64,000 bases of DNA, taken from the NCBI RefSeq assembly GCF_006345805.1, contig NC_042998.1, positions 13,268,001-13,332,000 on the forward strand. The letters run 5' to 3'. The notes below the pieces were generated by a model, which saw nothing but the letters and a program-made list of their open reading frames with translations, was not told where the DNA came from and did not search any database. Every line of letters begins with the position of its first letter. The first letter of the stretch is position 1. Below are positions 29,561 to 43,432 of the stretch, in pieces. The DNA is from Octopus sinensis (Eukaryota). Position numbers and translations under genes: made by a program.

Positions 29561-31961
29561 ACTTGTAAGAGGAGAGTTACTCCTGTCACATTTTTCTAGG
29601 CCTTGTATAATATTCGCGGAACACTCTCTATTCACAATACCTTTATGTGATATTTTTTCATGAATGCCTTGCAACATGTAGCATTCTTTTTGTGGTACAC
29701 AAAGCAAATCTTGGAGCGAGTAGAGAGTCACGGGTCACGGAAAAAGTTTGTGAACGCAACCGAAGAACATTGGCGCACAAACAAATGACGGATTGTTTAA
29801 CCACTACTTAAACAAATTATCGATCTGATAGTTGGTTAGATATTTAACTAATTGATAAGTGACGTGGAATTGAAACTGTTCGTGCCTTATTATTTTTGGA
29901 GTAATGACACTCCGAAGACACAGGAATTTTTATAAAATAATCCTTCTGACTAGTTTCTTACTGAATTTTTTAAACATTTCCTCTGCTAGTCAATATGATG
30001 TTTGCTTACAGTACTACCTGTTGTAGTTATCATATCGTTATTATTAAAATTTAAGTTAAAATCATTTTTAATGTTGTCGCTATTGTTGATGTTACTAGTT
30101 GCAATTTAAACATATCTATTCACATAAATAAATAAAGATTTGTTCAAAACTCATTTGTATTTGCATTGAACTCCTAACCAATTCCTCTTCACTATATAAA
30201 TAGCATTTTTTGTATATAACTTAACCTATATTCAGATATTATTGTCAATAAAAATAAGTATGGTCGTTGTAACTGGGACAATGCCCTGAGAATCTAAACA
30301 GTAAAGGAGATTATGAATCTTTTCAACATTATTTATTGAATATAAGTGCACCTATGTATATTTTCAACAAATAGCATTCCATTAATCATATAAGAACTGG
30401 TACAATATTTACAATAAAAAAATAATAATATATAAAGTCATAATTCTTTATACTTTGTACGAAACTTTAGGCCTTATATCTCTCTTAATCACAAGAATAC
30501 TGAAAATTATACAATCCACATTTCTAAGGAGTTGCACCATGTATGATTTATTTTTAAATGATCAACTATACAAAAAATAACTTTATAAATATAATTTCCT
30601 TGTTAGCCTGTAAAGTAAAATGCTAAGTATATTTCCTAATTAAGATCTGAAATATCAAATTACTGTAGCGTTCGAAGCTCTGATACATAAAATGAAGTAT
30701 CTGTGGGCACACTAAACTAAATACTGGAAGACAGAAATTGAATATTTCTTATTCAGTTCTTATGCTAATTTTATTTCATTCGTTTTCATAATCTGCCCAC
30801 AATTTCAGAATAGAATAAACGCACACAATTGCTTTTCTGCTTGTTATCCTTAAATTTTTCTAATTGCAGACAAGTTGTACTTAAAAATACTTTGATAATA
30901 AATCATATTATTTGTCACTCAATATCAAAAACACTTCTATTATTTAGTAACATATATTTATATTACAATCCCGTAACAAATACAATCTCTCTATGTCAAA
31001 TGAACATAAAATATAATCTTCGACACTGATAAATTGCACAGAGACATTCTGCTTATAGTATACCATAATTTAACTGAAATAAACTTCCAACTATCAAATA
31101 CTCAACAGATGTAGCGAGTAAAAGGCAGCATGGTCGTAATCATACCGAATCAAATGGTCTAAATATATTTAAATCGGAGATGAAAATTTATTGGTAAAAA
31201 TTTATAATGTAAGCCAGAGATATTATTTCACTTATTTTGTAAAGTAACGCGACATAATTTACATAACGAAGCTATCATGTTCAATCCGTTTACAGCGAGT
31301 TAAGAAAAGTGGAAAGAAAATTTGACTTGATAACGATGAAACTGAAATCTACCGGGAAATATAGTCTGGACAGTTTTCGACTACCGAAGTTTTTCACTAA
31401 CAGTGATGTTGAAATAATTTCGTTTGTTTTCTTTCCTATTCCCTTGCGCAGCTAAAACGACATGTTAATTATTCTCTTTCTTGGTACAAACTAGTGCGTA
31501 GTTTTGTAATACAGCTTATCAGTATGCCTATCAGGAAATTAATACGTTATAGCACAAAATTCAGAATAATGCGTTTAAGAGTATTTGTTGAGAAATCAAT
31601 AAAAATATATTAATAAATAAATGTGTAAATCTTTTTTCACGCGTACGTAAAGCTACATATAGACACAGACATATGCACAGACCATCATACAAACAAAGAA
31701 AAAGAAAAATTCATAAACACCAACACCGATTTTTATCATAAATAAAACTTTCTTTTTAGCGTTTTGTCTGGAGATATGATGAAATATATTTCATTCTCGA
31801 CAGTGAAGAAATGAAAAACAACATGATTTTGTACTTTACACACAATGGTTGTGCATTACATATAACTTCTACTTCTGTATGATGTCATATAATTACATCT
31901 CTTCATTCTATACGTTTTGTAATTACACATATGTATATCTATCTATCTGCCTGTCTATATA

Positions 31962-32341
31962 CACTACCGTCAGAAATTAATTAGCACCCTTGATTTGCTC
32001 TTCACTCAAGGTATGTGCTGTCACCTAGTGGCCATATCTCGAGCTATTGCTTTGTTGCGAGTTCACTGTTGCGCAGAACGATGACGTAACTTTGTTTACA
32101 GAGCAGTTTGAGAGTCTACAGCCTTATGATGTTGACATAGCAGTGCAACAACAACTTGGAGTGCGGATGCAGACAAATCTTCCTTTGTTTAATAGATATA
32201 GGTAGCGCCTCGCAAGGACCGAAATCACACCATACTAAGTTTTCTCATCGCGTAAGACGTTTTGAACAGCTCATAGGTTAATTGATTTAACCTATTTAAT
32301 GTAGAAATTTGAGAAGTGCTAATTAATTTCTGACGCAAGTG
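31962..32341. mobile_element. 380-bp Tc1/mariner-type MITE
   Basis: TIR CACT(AC/TG)CGTCAGAAATTAATTAGCAC at both ends, TA flanks, no ORF. Confidence 0.85.
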
Positions 32342-32404
32342 TATTATCTATCTTTCTTTCTATCTATCTAATTTATATATATTCATGTATATTAAGGCGT
32401 GGAA

Positions 32405-33400
32405 GCGGAAAATCTTATGGTTCGCACCACCTTTCTCTCTCCAAGTTAAATCTATACCTAAACCTCTCTTTAAAATCCTAAAATTGAATTTTCCGCCATA
32501 GCATTGATACTAGCCTATCTTTATCAAATCATCAGTGAAAATCACTTACTCCACTACACTTAGTTTAGGATCCATAATTGCCTCTTCGAAAAGACCCGGA
32601 CTCCAAAATCAGTCCTATGAACACCTAAACTCTCACACTGTACCCTAAATTAACGCACATATTAGCAATAACACAGCCCTCAATAATCCCACAGGATTGA
32701 ATAATACTAAACTCGAGCCATCATTCCAAAATTCAACCTACGCGACAACAAATACTAGCTGCGATACCATGCCCCAATCAAATACCAATACAGATTACAT
32801 TTCAGATTCTCCCCCACTAACAACAAACCAACCGAGTTCAAACTCACTGACAGTAAACCCAATCCACGGAGCAGGTAGAAACTCTTGCAACTGTCGCATA
32901 TCTCAATTATGCCCTCTTGGAGGCTCCTGTCTACGCCAAAGTATATTCTAAGAAGGCTGTGTTATAACATCACGTCCCACCAAGCAAGGGTATATATCGG
33001 CGGCAACGTAGATTTCAACAGCCGCTACCGTGCACACAAGAACACTTTCACCAATCCAAATTCTAAATTATTAACCTCTTTACAATCGTATATACACAAA
33101 ACCCTGAATAATATATACAGAATAATGGTGATCTGAAACTACTAAGATCAAAAATAGTATTATCATTTTTATATCGTAGAGATAATAATAAGAAAATTTG
33201 AGATTTATAATACATGAATTTGAATCTTTGAATATTAGCCATTCTTTTTTTTTTATCTTGGATAATAATTGCATTATTTTACCTCGCGATCGTATAAAAA
33301 CAGCATTTAGCGCGATACAATATCAGTTAATATCGAATAAACTCAAAGAACGCCACTAGTTTGAAGATCAGCAATTATGCAGAACTGAATGATTAGGCTT
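32405..33400 (+). pseudogene. Penelope-like element 3' part (linker plus GIY-YIG endonuclease)
   Basis: KILWFAPPFSLQV (WFNPPYS motif)...VKITYS; SCNCRISQLCPLGGSCL; YIGGNVDFNSRYRAHKNTF; possible very decayed HHR at 33360-33390. Confidence 0.85.
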
Positions 33401-34871
33401 TGGTAGTATTTGTAATTTTGTGGGCCCTTTCGGCCGCTGCACTTCCCTCTGGGAGAAGTTTTTACTCTATAAATTTTGTAGTATACGTTTATCATTTAAA
33501 ACATTGCTTTCTGTTCTGTCACTGCAATTATACTGTTACTTTCAACGCAACACTATTTCTTCACACACGTTATGATAATAATATATACTAAACTGAAGAA
33601 AAAAACTCCACGCTGATTTAGAACATTAAATAACAACTTATTCGCATTTACAAACATAACATACCACTCAATTGCTAAGCAAGTATATTGTGCTTATGGA
33701 ACGAAATAACTAACGAAATGACATTTTGGCAGGTATCACAGCGTGTGAATAATGTTTAATTTGCTTTTCGTAAAAACTTAGCCTTTAATTTAAACAGGAA
33801 ATTACTGTCGTTTGTTGATAAGTATCTAAGCTAGGGCTGGCATTCTGACAACGCATTTTACTATTTTAATAGTCACATTCATCTGTCGTCTTGGATTGTT
33901 AATGCTATTGAAAATATAAACATATATATTTTGGTTAAAAGCGCATGCCGGACTCTATAAAATATAATTAGGTCCCAAAGCAAAAGAGGTAGTTTGTGGT
34001 GTTTATTAACTTTGAATATATTTGCACAATCCTATTACGGAGTTTGTAATGACAGGTTAGATAAATTATCTTCGAAAAACAAATGCTTATAGACATGGGC
34101 AATGTATCAATAAACAATATGTTAGTAATCCTACATCTTGGAAATGACAAATATGATTCTGTTCGAAAATATCATTGTATATAATGGAGTTTAGGACCAA
34201 TATTTCTATAAATAATAATTTGTCTGAATTGGAATAAATAAATGGATACTTGATTTGATTACATTCAGTTATATCTAAAGTTAACTTCATATAAAAATCG
34301 TCGTAAGTTAGTGGAAAATAAAATTGTAACGAATAAATTCTGCCTAATGCTGTCTGCACTAGGAAAAACAAATTAATCGGAAATAGTAGTGTAGTCTTAA
34401 ATATAAAGTGCACTTCTGAAAAATAGAGAAAATACTAACGAAGAGATACATTGAACTGTTTGCCTGAGAATACTTCATAAATGTGCATTGTACTTAACTG
34501 AAGTACACAATAGCTATAGCTACCTATGTGAGTGTTTGCACTTACATGTATGTGGATTAATTTATCATAACAATAAGTAGAAAAAGCCGCCAGGAGTGAG
34601 ATTTACTGCTACTCACAAAATAATTTACACATTTGATTCCCAGTTTGTGTAATTTCCCTTTCTTACCATTATTCATTTAAATATTTCTCAGTCACTCAGT
34701 AAATATATTTAGAATAATATTTTGCATTCAGACAACGATACAATTTACGAAGAAAACTAGTATCATATTGATTTGGCTTAGCTACAAATGGGTAACCCTA
34801 CTGTCACTAACACAATGCCATATTATATCCGAGCGAAACAGGGTTCATTTAACGAGATGCCTCTTATAACA

Positions 34872-34975
34872 TTACCTGATGAGACGCTTCCGTTTCGAGG
34901 GATGCATCAGGACAAGTTGTATGGTTTCCCACCTGCGGAGGATTAATGCAAGAAGTGTCGAAACGATTATTGTAA
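34872..34975 (+). ncRNA. Type I hammerhead-like motif with extended stem II
   Basis: TTAC-CTGATGA-GACGCTTC...61 nt...GAAGTGTC-GAAAC-GATT-ATT-GTAA; core intact, stem III has an A.C mismatch. Confidence 0.5.
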
Positions 34976-35020
34976 GCAATGAAGCCACCCGTGTATTCCA
35001 TTATTCGTCCTTCTATATAA

Positions 35021-35160
35021 TGCTGTGTTTACGTTCCCGTAACTAAGCGGTTCGGCAATAGTGTACGATAGAATAAAGACCTGGCTTTTATAAATAAGTA
35101 CTTGGGTTGATTCATTCGACCAAAATAACTTTATAACATGGCCGCAGTTTGATGAGTGAT
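35021..35160 (+). mobile_element. Decayed SINE family A 3' part
   Basis: TGTGTTTACGTTCCCGTAACTAAGCGGTTCGGCAA...ACATGGCCGCAG. Confidence 0.7.
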
Positions 35161-35261
35161 GACACTATTAGAATATAAAATTTATTGTGGTTTAAGCTTT
35201 TGTGTACATATGAAAAAGAGCGTTGGGCTTATGATTTTAAAAGTTAAATATCTATGTAAAT

Positions 35262-35293
<32 letters not shown>

Positions 35294-35437
35294 CAACTTA
35301 TAAACAAGAGCAAAAGAAAATTATTTCTATGCCAATATGCTGGTAACAGACATTTAAGTCGTCAATTTCCACATATTATTATACCCACTACAGAACACAG
35401 ATACACAAGCATATATATATATATACATAAATACATA

Positions 35438-35600
35438 CGACGGGCTTCTTTTAGTTTCCGTCCGCCAAATCCACTCAGAAGGCTTTGGTCGGCCCGAGGC
35501 TATAGTAGAAAACACTTGCCCAAGGTGCCATGCAGTGGGACTGAACCCGCAACCATGTGGTTGAGAAACAAGCTTCTTACCACACAGCCTCTCCTGCGCC
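35438..35600 (-). mobile_element. SINE family A 5' half (tRNA-derived head)
   Basis: Reverse complement GGCGCAGGAGAGGCTGTGTGGTAAG...GGGTTCAGTCCCACTGC with pol III A/B-box-like motifs. Confidence 0.85.
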
Positions 35601-36002
35601 TATGGATATTAAAGTTATAGTAAAGTAAAGTGTCACCTTGTATTCTTTTACTTTTCTTCTCTTTCAATTTTCATAATTTTAATTTTCCCTTTAACTTTGT
35701 ATTTGATTTCTTTATCTTTTCTTCTCTCTTTATCCTTAATTGTTTCATGAATCCTCTTTCGCACTACTCGAAGTAAACTATAATAAATTATCTCCTACAA
35801 CCTCGCCCCAGTCTACCAAGAAACTAGCCTAGCAGACCCCCTTTAACCTGGTTCACTGACCTTGAATACTATATTATACTCTTTTCTTAATTTAAACGGC
35901 TAACGTAACTGTTCTTTCTCCCTTTTCACAGTCGGCCTGGACATATTCTTGCCACATACTAGTTGGATTTTTGGGCTATTCCTTTGCTTTGTAAAAATTA
36001 CT

Positions 36003-36066
36003 ACACATCTGATGAATGTTCTTATTCTTCTATTAAAAAGTTATGTATGAAACAGCTGTAATGAGT
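36003..36066 (+). ncRNA. Type I hammerhead ribozyme motif (PLE-type, palindromic stem III)
   Basis: ACACAT-CTGATGA-ATGT...ATGTAT-GAAACAGCTGTA-ATGAGT; predicted GUA cleavage after 36060. Confidence 0.65.
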
Positions 36067-36102
36067 TGGCAAGTATCCACCATTTGTTATTATTCATTTG
36101 AT

Positions 36103-36195
<93 letters not shown>

Positions 36196-36491
36196 ATTCA
36201 TACATGTGTGTGTTTGTTATATATGCGTATGTCTGTGACGTACGGGCTTACACATAGCTTCCGACTACTAAATTTACTCTCAAATTATTAATCAGTGAAA
36301 GGCAGAAGACACCGTCCATGTTACCGTGCGTGATACTGAACCCGAGCTATGCCCGTACCTATTGAAGAACTTAGGAAGTACGATTCAGATCTTCCTTAAA
36401 TGGAATGCATAGTGCATTTTATAAATATGGAAATATTGTTCGTACGATTTTATTGAATAAGCGTAGCACTTATACGATATTTTTTATGAAT

Positions 36492-36561
<70 letters not shown>

Positions 36562-36848
36562 CTGACTACTGTCACTAAATAGATCGATCAATCGCATGTT
36601 ACCAGTTTTTGTTCAAAACTATGCCTGGATATTGCAAGGTATTATAGTAGCTAAAGCATAATTCATGATGAAATTGATGTTTTATTTTGCAGTATATTAG
36701 TTAATACGTTACACTCTCTGCAAACGTTAATATATTAAAACAATGTACATATCATAAAATGAAAATTTGTTTTTGTCTTTATGGAGCAGAAATCTTTCAG
36801 GTCATACATTTGCTAAAATCATTCTGTCTCTGCATTATTTATGGATAT

Positions 36849-37243
36849 ACGTAGGAGTGGCTGTGTTGTAAGTAGCTTGCTTACGAACCACATGGTTCCC
36901 GTTTCAGTCCTACTGCGTGGCACCTTGGGCAAGTGTCGTCTACTATAGCCTCGGGCCGAACAAAGCCTTGTAAGTGGGATTGGTAGACAGAACCTGAATG
37001 AAGCCCGTCGTATATATGTATATACATATGTATGTGTGAGTATATATGTTTGTGTGTCTGTGTTTGTCTCCCCAACATCGCTTGACAAACGATGCTGGTG
37101 TGTTTACGTCCCCGTAACTTAGCGGTTCGGAAAAAGAGACCGATAGAATAAGTACTAGGCTTATAAAGGTGGTGCTCCAGCATGGCTACACTGAAATGAC
37201 TGAAACAAGTAAAAGAGTAAAACGAGGAAAAAAAGAGTAAAAA
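36849..37243 (+). mobile_element. Near full-length SINE family A
   Basis: tRNA-like head, internal (TA)/(TG) tract, 3' GACTGAAACAAGTAAAAGAG tail. Confidence 0.9.
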
Positions 37244-38252
37244 TATCGATTCATTCTCAAAAGAAGGGAAAAGATTTTAGGAATCTGCATTTTAAACAGT
37301 ATTTCTACTGATCTTCTGATGTTACTGTGAGCATTACAGACTTTTTATTATATCTATTTATGACGTCATATTTATCATAGGGAATTTTTAAAGTACACAA
37401 AATATGTAATAGAAATTTAAAAGGCCAAATGATAACCTTGCATTTTGAAACCACAATGAAACACGGCAATTTTAAATACTGCTCATATTTGTGAGTGTTT
37501 GAGCTAAAATTTCATACGAATCTCCACAGTTTCATATACTAATTATTTCAAAGCTACTTTAATTAGTACTATAGACAGTTCATATTTTAAATTGAAATAT
37601 ATTAGAACATATTTATTGCATGTGGAATTCTATTTACATCCACTACTCGGTAATCCCACCCATCCACATTCTATTTAATAAATTAATTTCAGTAAGTGCC
37701 GATTCATTCATTTAGTGAGATGATTGAGTCAGTGGAAAGAGTAAAAATAAACGATAATTGCAATTAACATTTGAAAATGTCCATATTCCCAAATCTCATT
37801 TTAAAATGTTGAATGAAATTTTATTTCCATTCTTCTATATATGGATTGGAATATTGAATCAATTACGCAAAACGTTCAAAAGCATATAATAGAAATTGAA
37901 ATTTTAGGTATTTTTTTACAAATTTTATTAGCTGAGGCACCATTTATATTATACTGCCTGTTCACTTTAAAAATAAGATTATTTATGTAAGGCCATCAGT
38001 AAATCTAAAAATAGCGGCATTTGTATAAGTTAATCTATGTTATAGTCCAAATCGTAATGTTTTTATGAATTTTTTTTAGATAATATTAATTCCAGTTATA
38101 TTCTGCAGAATAAATATAATATTTTCAAATTAGATGTATAAGAAATTAATGTCTTATCAGGTAAATACATCGAAAATTTAATTTAAGTGGAATTTTATAT
38201 AAAAGTAGAATGTTTACGGAAATATATTTTTTTTAATATTAAAGATCCCCAA

Positions 38253-38425
38253 GGCGGTGGTCTGACAGAATTGTTACATCATTGGTCAAAGTAATTGGCA
38301 GCGTTTCGTCTGTCTTTACATTCTGAGATCAAATGCCGCCAGAGACGTCTTCGATTTCATCCTTACGGAGACGATGAATGAGGTACAACTTGAGCAGTAG
38401 GGTCGATGTGATCGGCTTACTCCAG
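38253..38425 (+). mobile_element. Decayed SINE family B
   Basis: GGCGGTGGTCTGACAGAA...TTTCGTCTGTCTTTACATTCTGAG...GGGTCGATGTGATCG. Confidence 0.7.
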
Positions 38426-39518
38426 CCATGAAACCGCTGACCTAGTCCCAACATTTGAAACCATTATTAAGGATCTACGTTTTCGGTGTAGAGAATGTGC
38501 TCCGAACAACAAGGTAGTTGAGAAATGCCAAATAATTTTAACGGGACAATGAATTCAGTTTTCTGAACAGTATTGCTAAATCCTTCATCTACTTTTATCA
38601 AGCAACTGTAATAAACGTAACACAACACATGATTAGTAAAGTCTTTCAAAAATATCTCTGATATAAATTGGAAAAAGATTTCCGTAAAATATTCGTGTAA
38701 TTCTAAACTTAAATTTTCACATGACACAATTTCTCGTCACTTCTGTGGTGTATATTTCAGATTGTAAGTATTACGCACATTTACATATGCCATCGCTCAA
38801 CTGCGATGCCGTATTTATATTCTATATACATTGGAAAATACATGCGAAAATTTTATATTCCTATGATAATAACGCTACTACGAAATGATTTTTAAAATTC
38901 TGGCCTTTGTTTGGGGCATATTAGTGAAGCCTGTAAACGCCTTTGATGCACTTATCCAGTATTGAAATATATGTATCAGTTAAGTGTTAAATAATTACAA
39001 CACTAGGTATTGAGTTATATGAATAGGAAATTTCTCTTACATATTTTGTCAACAAAACGAAACTGTCTGCGCTTCTTATTTAATGAATTTTCCCGCACTT
39101 TATCTTCCTTCATTTATCATTGAGTAGGTATTGTCAACACTTTGAACGGGATGCTAGAACCACCAATTTCTTCATTTGTGTTACGTCTGCTGATATGAAG
39201 TGCAATAAAAAACAATTTCCCTACACCTTGCTAATCTGTGTTAATTTTTGCAAAGGTTCGATATCAGGCTTTCTCTAGATTTCCCTGTACTTTGCATACG
39301 TCAGCTGGCAGCCACGATAAGGCCATAGAATCTATTGAGATTTTTGCACCTGATTGAATTTCGACGGATTTTAGAGGTAATGACAGTTACCAGATTTAGC
39401 TGTACGTCGAAGAAGATCGATCATTCTTTACAGATATCATACCCCAAACAATCCGCAATATTGATCTGAGATTCCGATTCATGGGCAGCAGAATTTCGTC
39501 ACTTAGCTAACCTTGCAA

Positions 39519-39740
39519 ATGGATTCGATAGACAGAAACTGAAAGAATCCCGTCGTATATATAAATATGTGTGTTTATCTGTGTGTGCGTGCGTATGTAT
39601 GTGTTTTTGTTTGTGTGTTTGTCTCCACTGCCACCGCTTCACAACTGAGCTTCGTGTGTGTGCGTCTGCGTAACTAGAAGTTTGGCAAAGGAGACCGATG
39701 GAATAAGTGCTAAGCTTAAGAAATAAGTCCTGGAGTCTTA
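39519..39740 (+). mobile_element. Decayed SINE family A central/3' part
   Basis: GAAACTGAAAGAATCCCGTCGTATATA...GAGACCGATGGAATAAGT. Confidence 0.7.
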
Positions 39741-40386
39741 CCAGATTTTCTCTAGTTTTACTGGTACTTTTCGTGTATCAGCTAGCAGCCTCGGGAATCT
39801 CTACAGATTCTAGTGATATGAGTTTCCAGATTTTTTGTACTCCAGATAATCATGAATATTGTTCTGAGGTGCTGATTCACAACCAATATTCTAGAACATT
39901 CTGCAGATATTAAAAGCAGAATTTAAGGCAGATATTAAAAGATTTTTGTAGAATCTTATGATTTTTATATAGTCGTGTACTAAGTATAACAAGAGTAACA
40001 CAAGAATTGTGCTATATTCTGCGTTGAATTAGAATTCTTAAATAAACTTATAATATGTTCAGAAGAAATTTGATTTCTCCCTACACGCAGTTTGAATTTA
40101 TTGAAATGTATTAATGCACGGAATAAAACAAATAATTGAACAATCTATTTGAGTTAATAGATTTCTTGATATGTATTAATATTCAGAATTGCATTATCAT
40201 AAATGATGAACTTGATAAACATTTTTCATGATTACGTTAAGAAAGAAAAAAGATTAAAACTTAATAAATAATTGAATAATTTCATGTATGCCAAGTCATG
40301 AATAGAAACTATTTCAGATATGCAAATTAGACATCACCTACAAAAATATTTAGCAGCTGAGAACTTCTTTTCTAGAAACAAACATA

Positions 40387-40843
40387 GGCGCAGGCATGGC
40401 TATGTGATAAGAAGCTTGCTTCCCAACCACACTGTTCCAGGTTCAGTCTCACTGCGTGGCATTTTCGGCAACTGACCTGCAGTATAGCCTCGAGCCGACC
40501 AAAGACTTGTGAATAAATTTGGTAAAAGGAAACTGAAAGACGCCCGTCGTATATATAAATATGTGTGTGTGTGTCTATGTCTATGTGTGTGTGTGTGTCT
40601 GTATTTATGTGTGTGCATCTTTGTTTCTGTGTTTGTCAACCCACCATCGCTTGATTACTGAGGTTTGTGTATTTATGTCCGTGTAACCTAGCAGTTCAGA
40701 GACGAGGGCCGATGGAATAAGTACTAGGCTTGAGAAATAAGTCGTGGGGTCGATTTGTCCGATTAAAATCTTTCAAAGCGGTGCCCTAGAATGGTCGCAA
40801 GTAAAACAATAAATTACTGAAACAAGTAAGACAATAAAAGAAT
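40387..40843 (+). mobile_element. Full-length SINE family A
   Basis: Head GGCGCAGGCATGGCTATGTG, internal microsatellite, 3' CTGAAACAAGTAAG. Confidence 0.88.
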
Positions 40844-41374
40844 ATCTTCACCCACAGAATCACAGATTTCTGCTTGAATTTGAAAATGTTCCCTGATTTG
40901 TACACCAATGTCTTCATAGGGATCACAGAGGTGACGAAAATGAATAACATGAGAAGGTGGGCGAAAATAGGGCTAGAAGTTTAAAGCCAAATTGTCCTGA
41001 ACAGGGGTGTGTTCTGTGGAAGCACACAGACAAATGGGTATGAAGCTTAGTAAGTACTACACGTGTGTCGACAAAAAAACTTTTGATAGTCATTTGCTCT
41101 GAAGAAACAATGAGAATATCAGATGTGCAGAAGAGACGAAGAAACCATAGAATTGCTCATATGACCGCAAAAATAAAGCAAATATCAAAAGATCTCGACG
41201 GTACAGTTAAACTATTTGTATCAAAATTCTCGTTGGCTACTCCATAAATATGTCGGCAGGAAAACAAATCACGTCCGTAATATTCATTGTAATATCTAGT
41301 TTTTCAATGTTAACAGAAACTTTGAAAATGATCCCCAAAATTTGCGTTTCATGAGTGTCAAATTTTGCTGCCTA

Positions 41375-41441
41375 TGATTTTTGATTTTGATTTTTCCAGT
41401 TTCAGCTAATGAGCTGTGGCCATGCTGGGGCACCGCCATTT
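41375..41441 (-). mobile_element. Isolated 3' terminus of the LINE at 12361
   Basis: Reverse complement AATGGCGGTGCCCCAGCATGGCCACAGCTCATTAGCTGAAACTGG. Confidence 0.75.
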
Positions 41442-42078
41442 AAAAATTATACTGCGCTGCCGTGACCAGGATTATATGCATTATTGTCGACGTTATTTTT
41501 ATTCCTGCTTTTATTGGATTGGCAACACTGTAAAAAATATTCATACCGGCGAAACTAATTATTTGCACGTTGAGAATTTATTATTTCTTCCTTCATATTA
41601 TGTTGGTTATATAGTTTCTTTAAACTTTATAGAATTCACTGAATTTTGAGATATTATAATCATGCATAGTTAGGAGATAATACATATCTGAAATTTTAAA
41701 AAAATCCTTACGTTCTTTCACATAAGTATTGAAAATACGCAACGTTTGCCAATAAATAATAAGAAAATTCTATTCCAAGCAGTTGGTTTTCGTTATATCT
41801 TGGAAACTATTACTCTCGTAAATTGCCTCTTCAGACATCCATCTAAAATTTTGGTTTAATTTTCTATAATGTTATAAAATATTTTCCGTGTTGGTGGGTA
41901 TACCTTATCCATATCATTGCAGGTGATATACATCATTTTCTTGACACATTTTTACACTCTGTGTTTTGTAGCGTGTAAATTAAAAATTGCATTTGGTGGA
42001 TGAAATTTTTGTGCATACAATTTCAGAGCTGGTAGATATAGTTCTTACCATCAGAATGGAAATGCTATATAGTACATA

Positions 42079-42487
42079 GGCGCAGGAGTGGCTGTGTGGT
42101 AAGTATACGCGCAGGAGTGGTTGGGTGGTAATTAACTTGCTTACCAACCACATGGTTCCCGGTTCAGTCCCACTGCGTGGCACCTTGGACAAGTGTCTTC
42201 TACTATAGCCTCGGGCCGACCAAAGCTTTGTGAGTGGATTCGAGGGATTTGGTTAGTCCCAAACACAAAGAAGCCCGTTGTATATACACATGTATATATT
42301 TGTGTGTATACGATGGTGGTGTGTTTATGTCCCTGTGACTTAGAGGTTCGGCAAACGAAGCCGAAATAATAAGTACTAGGCCTACAAAGAATAAGTCCTG
42401 GCGTCGGTTTCTTCGACTAATACTATTTTAGGATTTGCTCTAGCATGGCGACAGTCAAATGATTGAAGCAAGTAAAATAATAAAAGT
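42079..42487 (+). mobile_element. SINE family A with duplicated 5' head
   Basis: GCGCAGGAGTGG occurs twice in tandem; body and tail follow. Confidence 0.85.
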
Positions 42488-42722
<235 letters not shown>

Positions 42723-43201
42723 AGTGTGTGTCTGTGTGTGTGTCTCTGTGTTTGTGTCTCTGTGTCTGTGTGTGTCTGTATGTGTGTTTCTGTTATAGGT
42801 TGTAATGCACGCATAGTTTAATGCTCGTGTAACAACCTATTGCTTCTTTATACATACAATCTCCATACATACATCGTTAGATGTGTATGACCGTCGCTGA
42901 CCAGTATCTCAGAAAAGGTCTCAGGAATGTCCGTGAAAATTTTAAAGCAGTTGCGGTTTGCACAACACCACAATGACTCATTAATTGAGATAAAAAAAGC
43001 AAAGAGCGAGATATTTGATTGAGTATAGCAACGTGTGTCAAATACGAGTTAGCTTTTCCTTAGATGGATGCCTTGACAAAACCAGAGGTCCTTAATTCTC
43101 AGTTAGCTTACGGGAACCCTCGGACGCTATCCCTCCATCGATACACAGTGAACTCTTGAACACCATCCATCGATAAACACGCACATACATACACATACAC
43201 A

Positions 43202-43432
43202 GGCGGCGAGCTGGCAGAAACGTTAGCACGCCGGGCGAAATTCGTAGCAGTATTTCGTCTGTCGTTACGTTCCGAGTTCAAATTCCGCCTAGGTCGACTT
43301 CGCCTTTCATCCTTTTGGGGTCGATAAATTAAGTACCAGTTACGCACTGGGGTCGATGTAATCTACTTAATCCCTTTGTCTGTCCTTGTTTTTCCCCTCT
43401 GTGTTTAGCCCCTTGTAGGTAGTAAAGAAATA
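43202..43432 (+). mobile_element. SINE family B
   Basis: GGCGGCGAGCTGGCAGAAACGTTAGCACG...GAGTTCAAATTCC (B-box-like)...GTAAAGAAATA; highly similar to 45460 and 51709. Confidence 0.9.

Noticed and set aside
34087-34413. 108-aa ORF with a signal-peptide-like start
   Set aside because: Starts at GTG, very AT-rich, no recognisable domain.
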